NCBI RefSeq assembly: GCF_006345805.1
Contig: NC_043015.1
Coordinates: 12,028,001 to 12,092,000, forward strand
From: Octopus sinensis
Taxonomy: Eukaryota
DNA: 64,000 nucleotides
Reading direction: 5' to 3'
Of this stretch, positions 56,354 to 64,000 are shown piece after piece. Under the pieces are notes generated by a model that saw nothing but the letters and a program-made list of their open reading frames with translations, was not told the DNA's origin and searched no databases. A program made the position numbers and the translations under genes. The stretch's first letter is position 1. Each line of letters begins with the position of its first letter.

Positions 56354-56457
56354 GTGGGGGAAGGGTATCTTTTTTCTTCAGAAATGTAAATAAACCCAAT
56401 CTGTTTCATAAACGAGGGACATATTCATACGGCACAGAATGTTTTCACCTCAATAGA

Positions 56458-56592
56458 CGGTGGTGGCGGCGGCGGTGGCGGCGGCGGTGGCGGCGGCGGT
56501 GGCGGCGGCGGTGGCGGCGGCGGTGGCGGCGGCGGTGGCGGCGGCGGTGGCGGCGGCGGCGACGGTGGCGGTGGTGGTGGTGGTGGTGGTAG
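56458..56592 (+). repeat. GC-rich (GGTGGCGGCGGC)n repeat
   Basis: A 12-bp period sits over a GGN triplet frame. The poly-Pro ORF is an artefact. Confidence 0.9.
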
Positions 56593-57496
56593 AAGTTGCT
56601 GTTGTAATAAAACTTTAATCCCAAAAATAAGATTATTTTTACTGACTTTCTCTTGACTTAACTGGTATTTTCCTGCTATTATCATCATGAGCAATTTTAG
56701 CATTGTTGTTGTTAATAGTAGTAGTGGTCGCAGCAGTAGAAATAGTATGTCTAAGTATTAGTATTATTGTTTATTTAGTTTGGGTTGGAATTTATTTATA
56801 AAGTTCTTTTCTCTGATTTTTCTCTTGGGCTGTGTAATTGGTAGAATGGAAATATTATAAATATTTTTCGACCGCATGTTGCTAGATGCTTACTCAAAGG
56901 TAACTGACGGACATCTGGGTCTCTAAATTGCTGTTGGTGCATACGTGAACATTCTGATAGTGCATTTCCTTTCTGACCAACAATTCAGGCATTTGATACT
57001 GTAAATTAAATTTCTGCATTTGCAGTTCATATTTGCGTTTGTGAACATTTTTCCGGTTTTGTGTTCATTTTTTGGCCGGTATGTATCAATTGGCATGTGC
57101 CACATAGGCTATCAATGCATTTAGATACAGTGAATGATTGGTCTTTGTTGCTAAGGCCAAACTTTGCCTTTACTCTTTTACTTGTTTCAGTCATTTGACT
57201 GTGGCCATGCTGGAGCACTGCCTTTAGTCGAACAAATTGACCCCAAGACTTATTCTTTGTAAGCCTAGTACTTATTCTATCGGTCTCTTTAGCCGAACCG
57301 CTAAGTTACGGGGGACGTAAACACACCAGCATCGGTTGTGAAGCGATGTTGGGGACAAACACAGACATACAAACACATACACACACACATACATACCACA
57401 CACACACACACACACACGCACGCACACACACACACACACGCACGCACACACACACACACACCACACCACACACACACACACACACACACACCACAC

Positions 57497-57551
<55 letters not shown>

Positions 57552-57582
57552 GAAAGAATGGAGTTGAACGACGAATTAACAA

Positions 57583-57690
57583 AATTCCTTTATTTTATTT
57601 TCGACATATGTTTCGAAGGCTGCATATTCCTAATTTCGAAGGAATAAGGGGTTCATTATGCCGCCTTCTCATCAGGAAAAGTAAGGAACT
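57583..57690 (-). ncRNA. Type I hammerhead ribozyme (left arm)
   Basis: The minus strand reads TTTTC-CTGATGA-GAAGGCGGCATA...TATGCAGCCTTC-GAAA-CATATG-TC-GAAAA. All core nucleotides are intact. Confidence 0.8.
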
Positions 57691-58664
57691 TATGTCAGCA
57701 TCAAGATGCACAAAATGTTTTAGATGTCTGCCCACACGGAGCCCATAGCGATAATGAGTGTTTCTTTAAAATATTTCGTTATAGGCAGTGACGTCAAAAA
57801 TGGTTGAATGTAGAAGATTCTAGAAGGTTCAAGGGTTCAAAGAAGGTTGGAGGGGAGAGACCTAAGAATAGGAAGGTAAAAGGGTGCAGGTCAAATGAAT
57901 GGTGATTTTGTTGTTTTCTTTTGTGAATAAGTGCCTATGTGTGTGTATGTATATAACTGCAATAATGGCTATGTGTGTGTATGTGTGCGCGAGATTGTGT
58001 GTGTGGATGGGTAGATGCTAAAAATAGACAGTGGTTAATTGACAGGTTAAATACAATGGTCGAGAAATCCTTTAGATGCATGCACTGGCAAAAACACACT
58101 TTTCACTCATATGAATAATGATTAATATAGATAACCTCCTTGAATTTTAATAATATAGTCCCATTTATATATCACCCCCATAGTCAATTTTTATACTCTT
58201 AAAGAACTACTACCCAACACATTGAGGTGTGTTTTACCTTTGTCTCTATAATTCGCCCTCCTCTCTCTCTCTCTCTTTCCCTCTCTCTTTCGTAAGCACA
58301 ATCAAACACACAGACACAAACCTGTCAATTAACCACTGTCTATTTTTAGCGTCTACCCATCCACACACACAATCTCGCACACACATACACACACATAGCC
58401 ATTATTGCAGTTATATACATACACACACATAGGCACTTATTCACAAAAGAAAACAACAAAATCACCATTCATTTGACCTGCACCCTTTTACCTTCCTATT
58501 CTTAGGTCTCTCTCCATCAACCTTCTTTGAACCCTGAACCTTCTAGAATCTTCTACATTCAACCATTTTTGACGTCACTGCCTATAACGAAATATTTTAA
58601 AGAAACACTATGGGCTCCGTGTGGGCAGACATCTAAAACATTTTGTGCATCTTGATACTGACAT

Positions 58665-58774
58665 AAGTTCCTTACTTTTCCTGATGAGAAGGCGGCATAA
58701 TGCACCCCTTATTCCTTCGAAATTAGGAATATGCAACCTTCGAAACATATGTCGAAAATAAAATAAAGGAATTT
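58665..58774 (+). ncRNA. Type I hammerhead ribozyme (right arm)
   Basis: Stem I is TTTTC/GAAAA plus distal TTCCTT/AAGGAA. The core CTGATGA is at 58681-58687, stem II is GAAGG/CCTTC, GAAA is at 58742-58745, stem III is the palindrome ACATATGT, and GUC cleavage is predicted after 58753. Confidence 0.8.
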
Positions 58775-59757
58775 TGTTAATTCGTCGTTCAACTCCATTC
58801 TTTCATTTATTTGTATTCAAAAAAACACACAAATTTCCACACGATAGCACGTGATCTCTGCCCTAGGCATGTAGCTTCAGCCGTGTTTTTCTGACGTGAA
58901 TTTGCTACCCAGGTATCGGTTAACCGAATTATCCATAATAAGATAATTCATTCAACTACTCAATGATATATATATATATATATATATACTTCTTTCAGTT
59001 TCCGTCTACCAAATCCACTCACTAGGCTTTGGTCGGCCCGAGGCTATAGTAGAAGACACTTGCCCAAGGTGACACGCAGTGGGACTGAATCTGGAATCAT
59101 GTGATTGGTAAGCAAGCCACTCCTACGCCTATAATAATATAATATTTGTCAATAATTTTTTCAAATTTTTAGACTGTCTTTTACAAAGAACCATAGCTCG
59201 ATCTCTGATTATATCTTTTAATTCATTACTTTGAGCAGTGATTAATAGGTTTGCTTTAGCAATGTTGAAGATATTCTAGCCACATGGACTGTGTATCACT
59301 ATAAATGGTCCTATAAACTTGATCCTATTTTCTTCTTCTTTGGGTTGTCCTCTGTTGTCGTATGGCTATTTTCATAGCCCGCTGTATGCCATTTTCTATA
59401 AGTAGAGACGGGTATTTCTGTTTGAGCAAAATTTGTCTTAGTTCTGTTAGGCGTTTGTTCCTGATATCCGCATCTTCTACAATGGTACAAATTTTTCTGG
59501 CTAGGCAGTATGGGATGTTGCATTTTGTATGTGGTGGATGGCATGACTTAAAATTCAGGTATTGATGTGTGTCCATGTGTTTGTAGTATATGACTGTGAT
59601 AATGGTGGTGTCCTTTTTAATTACCATTATATCTGGGAATTGTAATTTGGTACTTCTCATTTCCTTTGTAAATTGGAGAGATGGCTGTAGGTTGTTCAGG
59701 AGGATATGGAACTCTTCCAGAGTATTTAGAGATTCTGGCCAGATTATGAAACAATCG

Positions 59758-59828
<71 letters not shown>

Positions 59829-59865
59829 TTTTATATATATACATAGGTTATATATACATATATGT

Positions 59866-60178
59866 ATAAATTTATATAAAATAAGGATAAGATCGTTAAT
59901 TTAAATATTGATCTTATCAAGTGGCCAGCATGGGAATAAAAACCTTCAAAGGTAATAATTATTAATAAAATTATAATTTAGGGTATCTAAGAGATACATC
60001 CACGCTGGAAATAGCAGCCAAAACTTGACTCTAAAACCACATTAAATGTTCATACAGCACCCTAATTTATAATTTTAATAATAATTATTACCTTTGAAGG
60101 TTTTTATTCCCATGCTGGCCACTTAATAAGATCGATATTTAAATATCGATCTTATCCTTATTTATATAAATTTATATA
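59866..60178. repeat. Hairpin element with ~120-bp inverted arms and ~70-bp spacer
   Basis: AAGTGGCCAGCATGGGAATAAAAACCTTCAAAGGTAATAATTATT is mirrored exactly. A perfect 30-bp palindrome lies at 60126-60155. Confidence 0.85.
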
Positions 60179-60298
60179 TTTATTTGATCATTATATTTAC
60201 TGCAGTGGTATTTTGACCATATCGCACGAGGTGTTACAGGCGGGCAATTTAAACTGCTCGTGTGCATACGTGCATATATATATGTATGTATACGTTCA

Positions 60299-60345
<47 letters not shown>

Positions 60346-60349
<4 letters not shown>

Positions 60350-61395
60350 CTGGAAATTACAGAAAAAAAGACGAAGACAGGTGTGTGAACAACAAGTAGG
60401 TGTATTAGTTTGACGCTCGGAAAGTGAGAAAGTCTTTTACGCTTCGAACCTACGCTCTTCAAAAGAAAGGAATAAATAGAGAGAGAATTTTTTAAGACCT
60501 TGTAGATTTAGCGATCAAGCATGGCGACTGATTGAGAAAAAATTGGTTTGAAAGGAGAGGTAGAAAGAATGGGAGATAATAAAGTATTGGTAATCCCAAA
60601 CGAAAGTGCGTGTGTGTGTGTGTGTGTGGATAGGGGCTAGTGCCTGACGTGTGGATAGGGGCTAGTGCCTGACGTGTGGATGTGTGCGTGTGTGGATGTG
60701 TGTGTATGTCTGTAATGTGTGGGTGTGTGGATGATGGTGTGTAGGTGTGCGGATGATGGTTTTTGGTGTGGGTGCTGGAAAGTGATCAGTGCTTGTGTGT
60801 GTGGAGTTGCGTGGGGTGATGTGATGTGGAGTGGGATGTGGGGTGTGGAAGGATGTGGGTGCTGGTGGGGATATGGGTGTGGGGTGGGTGAAGGGGTATC
60901 AATGCAGAGAGAAGGTGGGTAGGAGTGAAGAGGGGAAGTAGGTATCAGATGAAGAGAGGAGAAAAGGGGAGTTAGATAAAGAGGAGAGGAGTTGAGCCCC
61001 GGTGGCGCAAAGGAGCAAAGAGAGAAGATTGATTACTGTTCACGGTGAAGGCGGGCGTCCGTATGGCCCCTGTGCAAAGAAAATCCGAACACAGACATAC
61101 GTTTTAGTGAATGGCCGGTAGAGGGGAAATGGCGCGAGACCGGGGTGTCATTGCCGAGTCTGATGTTTCGGAGGTGCTCCGCGAACGGGCCAGCCAAGTA
61201 GCGTCCCGTCTGACCGATGTACAGAGAATGGCAGAAAGAGCAGGAGACGCAGTAAATGACGTTGCTAGAAGTGCAGGTAGAGGAGTCGGTGAGAAGATAG
61301 GAACGATGGGTGGTGGTGGTGTTCGAGAAGTAGTGGATGGTAGTGTTGGAGGATGGTGGTATTGGAAAGGTAGAGGCAAGTACAACAGCGTGGGC
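60346..61395 (-). mobile_element. PLE 3' part: GIY-YIG endonuclease, C/A- and pyrimidine-rich 3' UTR, degenerate hammerhead
   Basis: The open frame reads TCTSSNVIYCVSCSFCHSLYIGQTGRYLAGPFAEHLRNIR..PVSRHF. The terminal 130 bp is homologous to 41977-42182 and 51432-51611 and ends at (TA)n. Confidence 0.85.
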
Positions 61396-62309
61396 GTGAA
61401 AGTATGTATGTACAGTTTTATAAAACAGATTTAATGTTTGAGCACACTTCAATAAAACTATTTGCTCTATGATTATATTTAGGACATATAGCCTTCTTTG
61501 GATTTCCGGTGTCCTTGTTCTTTGGTTCAAAAATGTTCATATATGAGTGGCGGTTACCTGTTATTTCACAGTGATCACATAGAAGCTACGTTCTTGGCTT
61601 GTACGACTTTATATAGTTATATGGCGTTTTTGATATGGCCTTATACGTTACCATTGTGCTAAGCATGACTTTAAACTACATCAAGTACTGGGACCTTGAT
61701 TCGGGAGTTCCAGAGTTTTGATAAGGTTTCTTAGCCATTGTTATTCCCCGGAGTAATAGCACCTATTAGGGTCCCGGCTATAGGTCCAAGCTCTCATTGT
61801 AGCCTGAGTGTCTTGAGAAAGGAAAAGACTAGGGAAATCAACCTGGATAGAAAATCAAAGAGTGAAGTCCCTCAGGTGGTCCAGTGACTTCTCTGATACC
61901 CTGCAGGAACTGACTCTCACTTTAAAATTACTAAACGCAGGCAGAGAAAAAACTTTTTTGCCTCAAGAAAACGCTTTACTTAGCGACTTCGGGCTGTACC
62001 ACTCTTCCTCAGTTTTTCCGAACATGTGGAAACTGCCATCATTATACACTATGAAGTTATATAATTTAGTAACACGTTATACATTATATAACATTAACTA
62101 CAAAAATGTGACGCTATATAATACATAGCATTATATAGTATAACATAACTTTCTGTAATGCAATATGACGTTACAGAATAAATGACATCATATAATTTAT
62201 GACATGTAACGGTATGAAGTAAAGAATTCGCATTGGGCAAAAATACACATAATCTCCATTTGTTATTGTTGTTGTTGAACCCCGAGGCAGGCCTAACTTA
62301 GCAGATCTA

Positions 62310-62871
62310 TCGAGTTGTCCGGAAAGTTCGTGCCGATTTATTGTAGCTTACCGTTCGACTTATTTTAGAACATGGTTGAGTCCATAAAACAGGATTTGAC
62401 TACACTTCCATTTAGAACACAGTTTAGGCTATCTTTTCGTGAAAGAAGGTTTACGTTCCTATAACCTGTGTTAATTCTGTAACCCTTTAAAATGGAAGAT
62501 AAGAAAGTTCATTTTTTGGCACTTGATGCTTTGGGAACCAGACAAAAATTGCTGCAGCTCGGCTGGAATGTGTTACCCCACCCTCCATATTCACCAGATA
62601 TTGCTCCTTCGGATTTCCACTTATTCAAGGTCTCTGCAGAATAGTCTTAATGGTAAAAATTTCAATTCCTTGGATGACATAAAAAGAGACATTGATGAAT
62701 TCTTTGCCACGAAACCACCTCAATTCTGGGAAGAGGATAAGTTAAAGGAAAGATGGAGACACATTGTGCAAAAAAATGGTTCATATTTGGTTGATTAAAA
62801 ATATAATGACAAGTACTTATTGACCTTTTTCTTTCCTTTAAAAATCGGAACGAACTTTCCGAACAACACAG
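62310..62871 (+). mobile_element. Internally deleted mariner element with TIRs and TA TSD
   Basis: TIRs are TCGAGTTGTCCGGAAAGTTCGTGCCGATTT and AAATCGGAACGAACTTTCCGAACAACACAG, with TA at 62308-62309 and 62872-62873. An N-terminal start (MEDKKVHF..HLMLWE) is fused to QKLLQLGWNVLPHPPYSPDIAPSDFHLF and the C-terminus. Confidence 0.92.
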
Positions 62872-63437
62872 TATTATTAAAGATATTCCAGTTGTGACAA
62901 TCCTGTTTTTTCTTTTTATTTTTTCATATGTTCATAGAATTCAGGATTATATTATGCAGTGTATCGTTGTCTGAAACTGACGAAGATTCGTCTGCTATTT
63001 CTAGCATTCGATCAACCACGTAATAGCTCCCTATGTGGCTCCTATAATTCCAAGCCAATCTTCCACAGTTGACAATACTTCTATCTTTCTCCTCCAACCA
63101 TCAACCACTCAACTCATCCTCCTAAGTAAATTTTAATGAAACACCTTCACTGTAAAGAGATTAAATGAAAATGCCTTGCAACAAGTTACGTGTTTTATAT
63201 TTCATCTGTTTTAATACGTAGTAATAGTAGTAGTAATGGTTATGATAATGGTAATAGTGTGAAAAATGAAAGGTGATGGGGGAGTGGGGGGTCTGTTCAT
63301 TTAGTGCATTCATCTTTTCGATTCATTGTATGCATCGTATCGCGTGTAATATATGCTTTATATATTACTGTGTCAGAGTTTGCATGAACACTTCTGCACA
63401 TAAATATATAAATATCTAAATATCTATCAAGCAATAT

Positions 63438-63505
<68 letters not shown>

Positions 63506-63562
63506 ATTTTTATTTTTATTTATGTAGTTTCAGCTCACGAGCTGTGGCCATGCTGGAGCACC

Positions 63563-63594
<32 letters not shown>

Positions 63595-63674
63595 CGCGCA
63601 AATGTCGAACAATGAAATGAGTGCTCAACACCGCATTGGTGGATATATAATTTCTTTATATGTGAATTAATGTT

Positions 63675-63840
63675 ACCATTGGTTTTATGCTAAGAAAAGT
63701 AGGAAAATATTCTAGTGTCTTAATTTTTCAAGCTGATCACATGAAGGAAGGTGTTCGCCTACCTTTCTCCATGAGATCGGCTTGAAAAATTGTTGAGATA
63801 CTAGGATAATATCTCCTTTTCTTACATGAAACCAATGGTA
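63675..63840. repeat. ~165-bp imperfect palindrome
   Basis: ACCATTGGTTTTATG.TAAGAAAAG...AATTTTTCAAGCTGATCACATG is mirrored by CATGAGATCGGCTTGAAAAATT...CTTTTCTTACATGAAACCAATGGT. Confidence 0.75.
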
Positions 63841-63957
63841 GCTTTAATTCACAAATAGATTATATATCTTATTTCACCTCGAGACGTTTAATCGAACATA
63901 TCAACCCCGTAACTTCTTTTTAGTCTGGTACTTATTCTATATATATAGAGAGAGAGA

Positions 63958-64000
63958 ACTTTCTTTACGATCTGAGTTCAAATTCTGCCGAGGTCGACTT
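63958..64000 (+). mobile_element. SINE family A fragment running off the window end
   Basis: CTGAGTTCAAATTCTGCCGAGGTCGACTT. Confidence 0.75.

Larger units (their letters stand above)
57547..58809. mobile_element. Inverted PLE terminal repeats (arms 57547-58048 and 58319-58809, 270-bp spacer)
   Basis: The arms are near-identical reverse complements, with one 10-bp indel and a few substitutions. Each carries a hammerhead motif, and the left end abuts (TA)n. Confidence 0.85.
57171..59132 (-). mobile_element. SINE family B split at its internal microsatellite
   Basis: The 5' half (58985-59132) and 3' half (57171-57365) are in the same orientation, with (CA)/(TA) tracts on the inner sides. Confidence 0.85.
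56760..59760 (-). mobile_element. Penelope-like element RT C-terminus, linker and GIY-YIG endonuclease, split by nested insertions
   Basis: 59760-59147 gives NDCFIIW...QFPDIMVIKK...IYYKHMDTHQYLNFKSCHPPHTK...KRQSKNLKKLLT. 57170-56760 gives KAKF...KCIDSLCGTC...MNCKCRNLIYSIKCLNC...HQQQFRD..LPLSKHL...REKNFIIKFQPKLN. Confidence 0.85.

Overview
This is repeat-dominated, AT-rich animal genomic DNA with one 100-N gap at 12371-12470. The SINE families, mariner/maT remnants and microsatellite load point to an octopus or other coleoid cephalopod; this is inferred from recalled repeat families and was not verified by a search. I found no intact host protein-coding gene, rRNA, functional tRNA or CRISPR array. 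Almost all ORF-track entries are microsatellite translations or decayed transposon frames, so the window looks intergenic or intronic. It holds at least four tRNA-derived SINE families, decayed LINEs (Tx1/L1-like, CR1/L2-like, RTE), several Penelope-like element (PLE) pieces, mariner (DD34D-type) and maT (DD37D) remnants, two non-autonomous Helitrons and many foldback/MITE-like inverted repeats. Four observations stand out. (1) A 1.26-kb near-perfect inverted repeat at 57547-58809 carries a hammerhead ribozyme with an intact core in each arm. It sits inside a SINE, which in turn splits a PLE RT-endonuclease ORF at a single codon. (2) Four short PLE ends anchored on (TA)n carry minimal hammerhead-like motifs, with a core variant shared between copies. 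(3) SINE arrays have one head, several ~184-bp units and two recurring junctions, which suggests the SINE inserts into its own family. (4) A ~555-bp non-coding element is embedded in (TAA)n.
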